Virus record (IMG/VR): IMGVR_UViG_3300030110_000139
Span: 1-57,637 of that record
Source: a virus
Taxonomy: Duplodnaviria; Caudoviricetes
Strand: one strand, 5' to 3'
DNA: 57,637 bases
Within the stretch, counting starts at the first letter, position 1. Each line of letters begins with the position of its first letter. Below are positions 8,720 to 16,913 of this stretch, piece by piece. The notes under the pieces were generated by a model. That model made no database searches and was not told where the DNA came from. It saw nothing but the letters and a program-made list of their open reading frames with translations. A program made the translations under genes and the position numbers.

Positions 8720-9168
8720 CTAAATTTAAGTTGACCATGAATTGGCAACCAATCTCTATTCGGTCTAGTAGTCCAACCTTTGTTTTCTTTCCAACCACCA
8801 GTTTCTCCCATTATTTTCCAACCTACACCACGAAGACTAGCACCAGATTCTTTTTGCAATGTATATGTAATCATTTTTAATCCACCCATTTGTTGCCATA
8901 TTCTCCAACATCTTCCATACAAAAACGAACAAGTATTTTTTGGGGCATTTGGTTTTACGCACACACGCAATACCTCTGCTGTAAATCCGTCATCTAATCT
9001 TCTTGCAATTGGTCTACCCACAATTGCTACACCATGCAATTCATCTAAAGAAGCTCCAATAGAAAATTTACCACCTTGAGTTGGTTTACTATGTCTGTGA
9101 AAGTTCGCAACGAACTCATTAGCTTCTTGTATGCTCATAGGTATGGTTTTAAGTTTCAAAGTTCGCAC
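8704..9168 (-). CDS. XF1762-family (Mom/GNAT-like) protein
   Basis: ANEFVANFHRH, GVAIVGRPIARRLDDG, ITYTL..ESGASL motifs. Confidence 0.75.
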   Translation of the reverse strand: MRTLKLKTIPMSIQEANEFVANFHRHSKPTQGGKFSIGASLDELHGVAIVGRPIARRLDDGFTAEVLRVCVKPNAPKNTCSFLYGRCWRIWQQMGGLKMITYTLQKESGASLRGVGWKIMGETGGWKENKGWTTRPNRDWLPIHGQLKFRWEIK

Positions 9169-9184
9169 CTTTCGGCATCAGTAA

Positions 9185-9410
9185 ATATAGGGTATGGGGT
9201 GGGTTACTTACCACCCACCTATACCCCCTTATAGGGGGGAAGTTGGGTAAGTTGGTAAGTACCAATAAAATCAATGACTTACAAGCCATTATGAACTTAC
9301 CATGACAAGAAGTAAGTTGGGTAAGTAAATTTAATTTATTCAATAATATCAATGTTTTACAACTTCCCATCAAAATCTACTTACCGGTAAGTTGGTAAGT
9401 GGTAAGTAAA
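9185..9410. promoter_or_regulatory. Candidate replication or packaging origin: GGTAAGT/ACTTACC iterons, palindromes and two IHF-consensus sites
   Basis: About eight iteron copies in both orientations; WATCAANNNNTTR matches at 9269-9281 and 9347-9359. Confidence 0.55.
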
Positions 9411-9746
9411 TTACTCATAAATCACCAAAACTTTTGGGTTAGATGTTCGCTTAAACCAAGATCCTTTTATGGTGTTTTCAAAGCCTAATTTTCTCATCAT
9501 ATGTATATTCATAAACCCACAATAATGACAATCATCATCACCAAAACCAGCTTTCTTTGTACAGTTCAGTTTATGCTCAACTTCAATATCACATTTTTGA
9601 GCTATACCTTTCTCAACTGCACAACCAAGACAAATGGTTTTATTATTCAATACAAGTTCTCTGCTTGGCAAAATCATAGCACTACAACTTGTGCAACGAG
9701 TTTTAACTTGCTTTGTACCTTGGAAATCCATCTTCATCTTCCTCAT
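9411..9746 (-). CDS. Cys-rich (zinc-finger-like) hypothetical protein
   Basis: Three CxxC pairs. Confidence 0.6.
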   Translation of the reverse strand: MRKMKMDFQGTKQVKTRCTSCSAMILPSRELVLNNKTICLGCAVEKGIAQKCDIEVEHKLNCTKKAGFGDDDCHYCGFMNIHMMRKLGFENTIKGSWFKRTSNPKVLVIYE

Positions 9747-10017
9747 ATCTTATAATCTGACCTACGTCAAAGTTACTATACAATGGTATGTTATCAAGCA
9801 CACCTGTGCCATTTAAAGCACCACCCTCTGAAATCTTAACCCACATAGCTTCTGACGCAAGATTAAGTTTTCTACCCTTGTCATTAACAGGGAATCTAAC
9901 TTTGGTGTACCCATCTGCAATATGTTCTTCATCACTTGCAAAACCCCACCCTTTGGGTATGTGCATTACATTTTTCTGCTCAAATTTTAAAGCTTTTCTT
10001 CTTTCTTTTTTATCCAT
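9703..10017 (-). CDS. Hypothetical protein (DUF2314-like EAMWV / GVLDNIP motifs)
   Basis: Tightly packed ORF in operon; motif resemblance only. Confidence 0.6.
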   Translation of the reverse strand: MDKKERRKALKFEQKNVMHIPKGWGFASDEEHIADGYTKVRFPVNDKGRKLNLASEAMWVKISEGGALNGTGVLDNIPLYSNFDVGQIIRYEEDEDGFPRYKAS

Positions 10018-10216
10018 TATCTTTCTCCCACATTTTTACAATTGGGGCATTGTAAAGTTCTGATTGTCTTTCAGCCTCTTTCATAGCCTTTTTATAAGGC
10101 ACTTCAAATGCTCTGCCACTTGTCATGCCACTACCATTTCTTTCCCAAGAAACAAGAGAAACATTATAGTTTTTACCACCCCAATGTTTCTCAACTCTCA
10201 CTTCATATGAACTCAT
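10010..10216 (-). CDS. Hypothetical protein
   Basis: TAATG-coupled ORF in operon. Confidence 0.65.
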   Translation of the reverse strand: MSSYEVRVEKHWGGKNYNVSLVSWERNGSGMTSGRAFEVPYKKAMKEAERQSELYNAPIVKMWEKDNG

Positions 10217-10695
10217 TAACTACCTACCTTTCTTGCTAGATTAATATTTAAGTCTTGATACATATAAGCTTCTTCTGCAGCACGACTTAAAAATTTGTTA
10301 TCAAGTGCAAAGTCTTTGTACCCATCATGTATAGAGCTATAATAAGCATCTGAGGGCATACCAATGCCTTTCCTACGCATATAGTAAAGCATAACTTTCT
10401 TGCCTTTAAAACCAGGTACATCAATTTGTAAACGCATCTTCTTATAAAGGTAAGGATAACCCTCAAACCTATCTAAAGACTTTTGACACTCTTTAGTAAT
10501 CTTCCATAAGCCAATAGGCACTTTTGCACTCTTGTCTTTAACAATGTCTGCAACACCATTAAACACAAGCCTATACCCAATTAAATTGAAACCAAGTATA
10601 GGCTTTGCTTTAGGGCAACGCACTTCCATTGCACTCATATTAAGGTTTGCACCATAAGCACCATACAACATTATTCTGCTCCCTCTAAAAAACAA
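10216..10695 (-). CDS. Gamma-glutamylcyclotransferase-like protein
   Basis: YGAYGANLN...RCP, LDRFEGYP..Y motifs. Confidence 0.85.
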   Translation of the reverse strand: MFFRGSRIMLYGAYGANLNMSAMEVRCPKAKPILGFNLIGYRLVFNGVADIVKDKSAKVPIGLWKITKECQKSLDRFEGYPYLYKKMRLQIDVPGFKGKKVMLYYMRRKGIGMPSDAYYSSIHDGYKDFALDNKFLSRAAEEAYMYQDLNINLARKVGS

Positions 10696-11012
10696 GCACC
10701 TAGAATATTCAGCTCTTGGACAATACCAAGACCATAGTCATAGCCTTGCTTGTAGTGATGGCATCTTTTGTCATCATCTTTGTTGCCATGCACCACAGCA
10801 TCAAATATGCCACTTTTATATGAATCTAAATCCTTAGATGTAAGCACATCAGCTTTAACTAATGTGCCAACTGAATCATTATTTAAAGAGTGGAAAAGAA
10901 AATTTTTAGAATTTTCTTTTAGTTCTTCTAAAAACTCTTCTGCATCTGTAGAATCTGTATTCACAATTTTTTCAAGTCTTTCAATTACATAACTGATATC
11001 TATTTTAGTCAT
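10671..11012 (-). CDS. Hypothetical protein
   Basis: Coupled ORF in operon. Confidence 0.65.
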   Translation of the reverse strand: MTKIDISYVIERLEKIVNTDSTDAEEFLEELKENSKNFLFHSLNNDSVGTLVKADVLTSKDLDSYKSGIFDAVVHGNKDDDKRCHHYKQGYDYGLGIVQELNILGACFLEGAE

Positions 11013-11374
11013 TAAGCTACCCTCTTTTCTACAAAATTAATTACTGCATCTAAGTTATCTGCATTAAGCAATAATGAAAACTTAGACTTTGTTATATTCA
11101 TATTATGAACTTCATAACCATTGCCATTTACATAAATAGCTAAATCTTTGGTATGATAGACTTGCACATCACTAAATGAAGCATCAATCCAATTACTAGG
11201 GAACTTTTTAACATGGTCTTGCACATCATTAATCATCTCCCAATACTCAACCACATCTCCATGAACATCTTTATCCTGCTCACACTCATGTCTAAGATTA
11301 GTCCTAGCTTGAGCATTGGTTGAATCGCCAAGAAACGCATTAAGCATTTCATCTGTAATCTTAATGTTCTCCAT
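11012..11374 (-). CDS. Hypothetical protein
   Basis: Coupled ORF with AAGGAG RBS. Confidence 0.7.
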   Translation of the reverse strand: MENIKITDEMLNAFLGDSTNAQARTNLRHECEQDKDVHGDVVEYWEMINDVQDHVKKFPSNWIDASFSDVQVYHTKDLAIYVNGNGYEVHNMNITKSKFSLLLNADNLDAVINFVEKRVA

Positions 11375-11607
11375 TACACAGACTCCTTACTCACACACCA
11401 CTCATCAAATGACTGACCAAAATGGTCATTGGTTTCTATGCAAAAGATTTCATAGTTGGCAAACAGCAAACCTCTTTTGCCAAAATTTTCTTCAACGCAT
11501 TTTAACAACGCATCTTTGTTGTCAAACTCTTTTGTTACAAATTTGCCATTGTCATCAAATGATGGCCAAACGCACTCTTGTACTGCTTCTTCAAATTTAT
11601 TTGTCAT
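11374..11607 (-). CDS. Hypothetical early protein, first gene of operon
   Basis: AAAGGAG RBS downstream of promoter. Confidence 0.7.
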   Translation of the reverse strand: MTNKFEEAVQECVWPSFDDNGKFVTKEFDNKDALLKCVEENFGKRGLLFANYEIFCIETNDHFGQSFDEWCVSKESV

Positions 11608-11639
11608 AACAAAACTCCTTTGTTTAAAATGTTATATCT

Positions 11640-11670
11640 AATATATAGGCACTCATATCCTATATGTCAA
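11640..11670 (-). promoter_or_regulatory. Sigma70 promoter overlapped by palindrome ATATAGG-N9-CCTATAT
   Basis: TTGACA followed 17-19 nt later by TATATATT. Confidence 0.75.
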
Positions 11671-11672
11671 CA

Positions 11673-12860
11673 TTATAAGTCAAATAATTTTAATTGTGGT
11701 TTAACATTTTTAATTCTTGCTTTGGCAATTTCATAATATTCGCTCTCTTTTTCTATTCCTATAAAGCTAAAATCTTCTTCTCTTGCACCCATACCTGTTG
11801 ACCCACTACCCATAAACGGATCAAGCACCACGCCTCCTTTTGGCGTTACCAAGCGAACAAGGTATCGCATCAGCTCAACAGGTTTAACTGTTGGGTGGGT
11901 GTTCGCCTTTATATCACCACCTAAACCAAACTTACGCTCATCTTTTGATGTCTTTGCACAATAAAAATACCTAGACGCATTACCCTGGTCTCCATATGCT
12001 GGCATAAATTGTTCGGTATCAGCAAGCTGACCAGCAGTCCAAATGCCCTTGTGTGTTCGCTCTCTGCTGACCTCCGTGCTGGAAGTTTCAGGAAATATTT
12101 CTTGTATTTGTTCGCTTCCATCGTGCATCACATTGCTTGGCCAACGACCTGTTTGATTATCAACTAAATCCGAATCCGATAGTTGTTTACGCTTGGCGTT
12201 AGATGTCTGACCGAATGATAGCTTGTCCACACCGATTGCAGCCTTACTTTGTTCGCCTTGATCACGGAAGTCTGGCATCGTATTTGGATGTTTGACCTCA
12301 CCCTCAATCCGACAAGCGTCAATGTTTATAGCACCAGTACCGAACTTGTCCATGTTGTCTGCTACCGACTTCTCCGACAAAGGCTTTCTTGCTAATACCA
12401 TTGGTTCATGTGCTGGTTTAAGAGCTGTACCCCAACCATTACCAATGTTATGGCTTTTGGGAAAACCACTACCATAAAGCCAAATACATTGATCACGGAT
12501 TTCAAATCCAGCATCTTCGATAGCAACTGCCATTCTGTGATATGTCCTAGAGCCACTAAACGCAATCATATGACCACCAGGTTTAAGAAGTTCATAACAT
12601 TTACGCCAAGTTTCTACTTGAAACGCTATGTCGCCACCATCCCACTCTTTGCCCATGAAGCCTTTGCTAGACCGAACAAACACGCCATCAGTCCCATGTT
12701 TTGCTGGTGCTGCATCTTCTTTACCGAACCTTTTAACTATTGATGTTAGATGGTACGGCGGATCTGTGACTATACTATCCACCGAACATTTCTCTATTTT
12801 GTCCATGACCTCTAAACAGTCGCCATGATAAACTGTGCTTCCCTCTACAATAATCTCCAT
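11673..12860 (-). CDS. DNA N6-adenine/N4-cytosine methyltransferase (beta class)
   Basis: TDPPY catalytic motif, HPTVKP, LDPFMGSGSTG SAM-binding motif. Confidence 0.92.
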   Translation of the reverse strand: MEIIVEGSTVYHGDCLEVMDKIEKCSVDSIVTDPPYHLTSIVKRFGKEDAAPAKHGTDGVFVRSSKGFMGKEWDGGDIAFQVETWRKCYELLKPGGHMIAFSGSRTYHRMAVAIEDAGFEIRDQCIWLYGSGFPKSHNIGNGWGTALKPAHEPMVLARKPLSEKSVADNMDKFGTGAINIDACRIEGEVKHPNTMPDFRDQGEQSKAAIGVDKLSFGQTSNAKRKQLSDSDLVDNQTGRWPSNVMHDGSEQIQEIFPETSSTEVSRERTHKGIWTAGQLADTEQFMPAYGDQGNASRYFYCAKTSKDERKFGLGGDIKANTHPTVKPVELMRYLVRLVTPKGGVVLDPFMGSGSTGMGAREEDFSFIGIEKESEYYEIAKARIKNVKPQLKLFDL

Positions 12861-12861
12861 A

Positions 12862-13548
12862 TTACCTCTCTAATAAACTTAATTGTTTTGTTTGTTTTTG
12901 TGTCCAACCTATTGGACATTGTATTGAATCTATTTCTCTTGCCATTTTTTCAGGACACCTATTGCTAGTCTTGTAATTCCTTGCAACATTAACAGAATCA
13001 GCAGAAGCAAACGGATAATGTTTACCAGACATATTCAGTCCTCTTAACATATGTATCCACGGCATAGTTTTAAATTTTTTATCTAGCTCATTAAATGCTT
13101 CATTAACTCGTTGTTCCCATGATGCAGAACCCACTTGCCAATACTCACCACTACTTCCAAAACAAACTTTGGGATATTCATTACATAAGTCAATTAAGTA
13201 ATCTAAACTTAAATGTAAGTGCCAAACAGGAACGCCATAACATTTAGAGTACGGCCACGTTTGTAAAAATTCTTTGTTTTCTTTCTCATCTCCACCAATT
13301 ATATCGGGTATAACTGCCCAATGTGGGTGTCCAAGCTTATCATCAAGCCAATTGTAATAAGCCTGGTGATTAAAAGTCTTCCCACTTGTAAATGTTGTAA
13401 AAGCACCATTATCCCACATTACGCTTTGACCTATTTGCAGACATATTTCAGCGTTTCTTGGATCAGCAAAGGAAACACAAAAGTGTTTCCCAGCCATTTT
13501 ATAAAGGTTCTCTTTAGGTGTAAGAGGTGTTCCATGATAATGTATCAT
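12862..13548 (-). CDS. TGT/DpdA-like transglycosylase-fold protein
   Basis: WDNGAF (compare TGT DSGGF), PDIIGG, VPVWH, IHMLRG, ASADS; gene context. Confidence 0.6.
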   Translation of the reverse strand: MIHYHGTPLTPKENLYKMAGKHFCVSFADPRNAEICLQIGQSVMWDNGAFTTFTSGKTFNHQAYYNWLDDKLGHPHWAVIPDIIGGDEKENKEFLQTWPYSKCYGVPVWHLHLSLDYLIDLCNEYPKVCFGSSGEYWQVGSASWEQRVNEAFNELDKKFKTMPWIHMLRGLNMSGKHYPFASADSVNVARNYKTSNRCPEKMAREIDSIQCPIGWTQKQTKQLSLLER

Positions 13549-13781
13549 GTGCTTACAATCTTAACCCCAGAGTGTTCGCCTACGATGGTCACTCTGCCAA
13601 ACATTTCTGACAACATTTTACTTAGTTGTTCTTGCAGATATCTTTTTTCATAAATCTCTTTTTGAAATTGTATAAATTTTTCAACATCTACTTGTTCGTT
13701 TGATTCAACAGTAACATCATATATGTTGACCATGCCATCATATGGACAACGACAAACTAATTTAAACTGATAGTTGTTCAT
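13545..13781 (-). CDS. Minimal QueF-like T-fold protein
   Basis: N-terminal CP motif, VE and LQEQL glutamates; sits between a VUT transporter and a TGT-like gene. Confidence 0.5.
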   Translation of the reverse strand: MNNYQFKLVCRCPYDGMVNIYDVTVESNEQVDVEKFIQFQKEIYEKRYLQEQLSKMLSEMFGRVTIVGEHSGVKIVST

Positions 13782-14253
13782 CTTTGTTTCTCAAGTAAAA
13801 ATAAATAGCTAATGCTGCCAACATTTTACTAACGAACATTGTGATACAAGCAAGCAAGCTAAACTGACCTATCATCAACAAGAAAACTGCACTATCAACT
13901 GGCGTTGATGCTAATGAACTTATTAAGATTCTTTCATGTAAAGGCTTACCAGTAAACGTGTAAACACCCCAATCTGTAAGTTCGCTTATCATAAACGCTA
14001 CAAATGAAGCTACTGCGATGAACGGATTAGCCATAACATAACTCAAGACTGCCCCAATAACCATAGCTCCAATAACTTTATGACCTATCTCCCTTTGTGC
14101 ATAATCTCGTAGTATAAATATAATACCAACAATAATGCTCATTGGTGGATACATGGTGTCATAAAATGGTATTAATGGGACGTAAACGAATCCCACATTG
14201 ATTAATACAACCGATAAAATATATGCGATTGTAAATTTATATTGATTTAACAT
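13762..14253 (-). CDS. VUT/YhhQ-family queuosine-precursor transporter
   Basis: Multi-TM protein with LRDYAQ, ASFVAFMISELTDWGVY and VDSAVF motifs. Confidence 0.8.
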   Translation of the reverse strand: MLNQYKFTIAYILSVVLINVGFVYVPLIPFYDTMYPPMSIIVGIIFILRDYAQREIGHKVIGAMVIGAVLSYVMANPFIAVASFVAFMISELTDWGVYTFTGKPLHERILISSLASTPVDSAVFLLMIGQFSLLACITMFVSKMLAALAIYFYLRNKDEQLSV

Positions 14254-14590
14254 AATTTGCTCCTTCTGTTAAGTTTCTATACTCTATGTTAATCCCCAAA
14301 TTTTTCGCTACTTCCATACCCATTTCCATGCCTTTTGATATACCTTTATCTGTATAGACTGCCATCAAATCTGCGTGACGATACCATTGAAACGCTCTTG
14401 ACATACCCATACCTCTAAGTTCAGGAATTCTGTCATCAAGCACTTGTGTATAAAGAAGATGCGAGGCAAAAGGGGCTTCGCCTCGCAAGAGAGAATCGCT
14501 CATACACTTTTGTGCATATGCGACATTACTTTTAACATCACCCATATAGGGTGATTCTATTATAACTAACATTATGTTGCTTTCAAGCAA
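14237..14590 (-). CDS. Nucleoside deoxyribosyltransferase-like (DUF4406-type) protein
   Basis: IIESPY.GD, APFASHLLY, GISKGMEMG motifs. Confidence 0.55.
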   Translation of the reverse strand: MLESNIMLVIIESPYMGDVKSNVAYAQKCMSDSLLRGEAPFASHLLYTQVLDDRIPELRGMGMSRAFQWYRHADLMAVYTDKGISKGMEMGMEVAKNLGINIEYRNLTEGANYVKSI

Positions 14591-14802
14591 GAGGCTGAAA
14601 CATCATAACCATCTGGTTTATCACCAAATTCTTTTTTTAGCCTTGCAAGTACCAATTTTCTGCTATGGTCAATATCATTATCACAACTCTGTTGTGTATA
14701 ATATTCAACCTGACTAACGTGCCATGTGCATTTTGTTTGTCCACCCATGTATCTAGGCCCCTCAACCCAAATGACACAAATCATTAAAAACATTTTAACC
14801 AT
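14572..14802 (-). CDS. Small Cys-containing, possibly exported protein
   Basis: Hydrophobic N-terminus and four Cys residues. Confidence 0.55.
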   Translation of the reverse strand: MVKMFLMICVIWVEGPRYMGGQTKCTWHVSQVEYYTQQSCDNDIDHSRKLVLARLKKEFGDKPDGYDVSASCLKAT

Positions 14803-14894
14803 TCAATTACCTTTCTGTAAGTACGGATAAATACATTGGGTTTTTTGTGAATGGTTGTTTCTTGAATATGCAACTTCAAATATTTATGTCTCAT
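14784..14894 (-). CDS. 36-aa basic peptide (MRHKYLKLHI...)
   Basis: Translated by hand; GGAG upstream; fills an operon gap. Confidence 0.45.
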   Translation of the reverse strand: MRHKYLKLHIQETTIHKKPNVFIRTYRKVIEWLKCF

Positions 14895-14930
14895 ATTACA
14901 CTCCATGTTATTTACCCAATTATCCTTAAA

Positions 14931-15131
14931 TTACACGCCATAATCAACAATAATCCCATTATCAAGTTGTTCTTCTTTCTTGATAACATCTGCGATATAT
15001 TCATGTCCGTGTTCGCCATAAGTCTCTTTGACTTTGACTAACGCTTGTTTATTCGTTAAGCCATCGTCATTAATTAATCCACCGAAGTATTCTTCTAGCT
15101 CAATTAAATGATTGTTTTGATATGCTGTCAT
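14931..15131 (-). CDS. Hypothetical protein
   Basis: AGGAG RBS. Confidence 0.65.
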   Translation of the reverse strand: MTAYQNNHLIELEEYFGGLINDDGLTNKQALVKVKETYGEHGHEYIADVIKKEEQLDNGIIVDYGV

Positions 15132-15132
15132 A

Positions 15133-16440
15133 TCACTCTCCTTTTGCTTTTTGTAAGTTGTAGTCGTTAATTTTCTTGCCTAGGTTTTTGTTGCCTGCTT
15201 CACATTGCTCAACCCAAACTCTCTTTGTGACATTGCCTCGTGCATCACGATAACGTCTCCAATGCCCTCTTCTCAAGTGCCACCTCTTTGGTGATCCATG
15301 ACCAGTAAAAATCTTTTCATATACTGTCTTACCTCTTGGCTTTGGTAGGTCAATATTGATAAGACTATATTCATTTGTAGGAACTTTTCTGCCATATCTA
15401 ACGTGAGCAATTTTAGTTTTTGCAGGTTCTTTCTTTTGTTGAACAATGAGATCATAATTCAACAAGGATAAAACACTAGCAATAAACCTCATGTCACCGC
15501 CTTGAATCAAAGCTAAATGTGTTGAAGCAATTTCGCTCATTGCTTCTTCCATGTAACCATCTTTGATTTGTTCTTTAGATGAAATCCAATCCATGCTACT
15601 TGACATGATCGTATTAAATCTTGAATACACTTCATTCATGGCTTGATAATCTTGAAGATTATCATCTAAAGTTTTTGCTTTCCAATAATCTTCATTGTTT
15701 TCATATTCACCAAAATGTTTTAAAACATAAGGATAACCTACTAGTTTAACTGCCTCATTAACTTGCTCTTTAATAAAAACATTTTTATCTAATCTTGGCT
15801 TTGTATATTTTTCACCCATGTTTCCTTGTTTAACAGTTGTGTTTAAAAAATGTTCATACATCATATCGTGATTGCACTCTTCATAATTAAAAACAGTATT
15901 AGACATTGGAGACATAATCCATTTGCCTTCTTTTTTTTTATCTCTATCAGGTAAATTACACCACATTTCATAAGAGATAGTGTTATCACCAAATAATGGT
16001 CTTGCTCCTAGATCAGTAACTGGTCTCTCATGAATATGATAACCAATTCTGTCTAAATAATCCGTCGGTTTTTCAATTCTATCTCTGTAGTCTGGCAAAA
16101 TTTTATCATAATACTTACTCATGGCATGAACTCTGTAATGTTCATCCCATTCAATAAACATATTTTTAAAAGGTGGAACTGCCGTCTTAATCATCTCGTT
16201 CAAAACATATGGTCTTGACATAGAGGCTTCGATAGCGTGGTCAATTAAATCATTACTAATCACAAACTTTTGTGCATTAACCAGTTTAACTTGCATCTGT
16301 CTAATAGCTGCTTGTGAATAAGAATGATGTTGATAACCCATAATCGTTCTTTTTGGTTGCGACATAGCACCAATAATTTCACTTGCCATCAATGGTTTAT
16401 TGACAAACTCATCTTTAACAAATTTTTCAAACTTTGACAT
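15133..16440 (-). CDS. 435-aa phage hypothetical protein with C-terminal HLRRGHWR motif
   Basis: Long ORF, GGAGG RBS, own promoter. Confidence 0.8.
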   Translation of the reverse strand: MSKFEKFVKDEFVNKPLMASEIIGAMSQPKRTIMGYQHHSYSQAAIRQMQVKLVNAQKFVISNDLIDHAIEASMSRPYVLNEMIKTAVPPFKNMFIEWDEHYRVHAMSKYYDKILPDYRDRIEKPTDYLDRIGYHIHERPVTDLGARPLFGDNTISYEMWCNLPDRDKKKEGKWIMSPMSNTVFNYEECNHDMMYEHFLNTTVKQGNMGEKYTKPRLDKNVFIKEQVNEAVKLVGYPYVLKHFGEYENNEDYWKAKTLDDNLQDYQAMNEVYSRFNTIMSSSMDWISSKEQIKDGYMEEAMSEIASTHLALIQGGDMRFIASVLSLLNYDLIVQQKKEPAKTKIAHVRYGRKVPTNEYSLINIDLPKPRGKTVYEKIFTGHGSPKRWHLRRGHWRRYRDARGNVTKRVWVEQCEAGNKNLGKKINDYNLQKAKGE

Positions 16441-16479
16441 ACTTCCTCCATTTGCTAGTATTTTGATAGTATATGATAG

Positions 16480-16508
16480 TCATATAGGAAGTCAATGCCA
16501 AATGTCAA
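16480..16508 (-). promoter_or_regulatory. Promoter/operator (TTGACA, weaker -10) upstream of the 435-aa gene
   Basis: TTGACA plus a TAGG-N9-CCAA operator-like copy. Confidence 0.55.
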
Positions 16509-16517
16509 TAATAAAAC

Positions 16518-16600
16518 AAAAAAAAAGACCTGGATTGCTCCAGGCCCTTTTCACAAACATTTTAAAACAAAAGGAGAAATCTTACGATTTCTTTCTTTAT
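16518..16600 (-). ncRNA. Predicted ~83-nt small RNA antisense to early-gene ribosome-binding leaders
   Basis: Own promoter; hairpin AGAAAUC-GUAA-GAUUUCU; linker CCUUUUGUUUUAAAAUGUUUGUG; terminator GGCCUGGA-GCAA-UCCAGGUC plus U run; no SD-led ORF. Confidence 0.7.
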
Positions 16601-16606
16601 AAATAT

Positions 16607-16635
16607 AATATAGGTATTGGGCCGTTTAGTGTCAA
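16607..16635 (-). promoter_or_regulatory. Sigma70 promoter of the small RNA
   Basis: TTGACA-17 nt-TATATT. Confidence 0.75.
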
Positions 16636-16913
16636 GGCATATCATCAATAATACTTGAAGTATTAACATGAGTTGGGTTTCTTCGAACTCTACCAACATC
16701 ATTTTCTTTTAATGCTCTAGGATCATCTTCAAAGAAAGCTTCTTCTTCAACATAAACTGATGGCTTTAAACCATTCAAGTCTACTTTTTTTGGAGAAAAC
16801 TTATTAGCATCTGCTGCTTCACATTTATCGCATAATGGTTTTCTTTTATTTTTAACTTTATGTGCGAGTATTAATCTAGGACAAGCAGAACATCTTTCAT
16901 ACTTTGCTATCAT
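16632..16913 (-). CDS. Small zinc-finger-like hypothetical protein
   Basis: CSAC and CDKC pairs. Confidence 0.6.
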   Translation of the reverse strand: MIAKYERCSACPRLILAHKVKNKRKPLCDKCEAADANKFSPKKVDLNGLKPSVYVEEEAFFEDDPRALKENDVGRVRRNPTHVNTSSIIDDMP

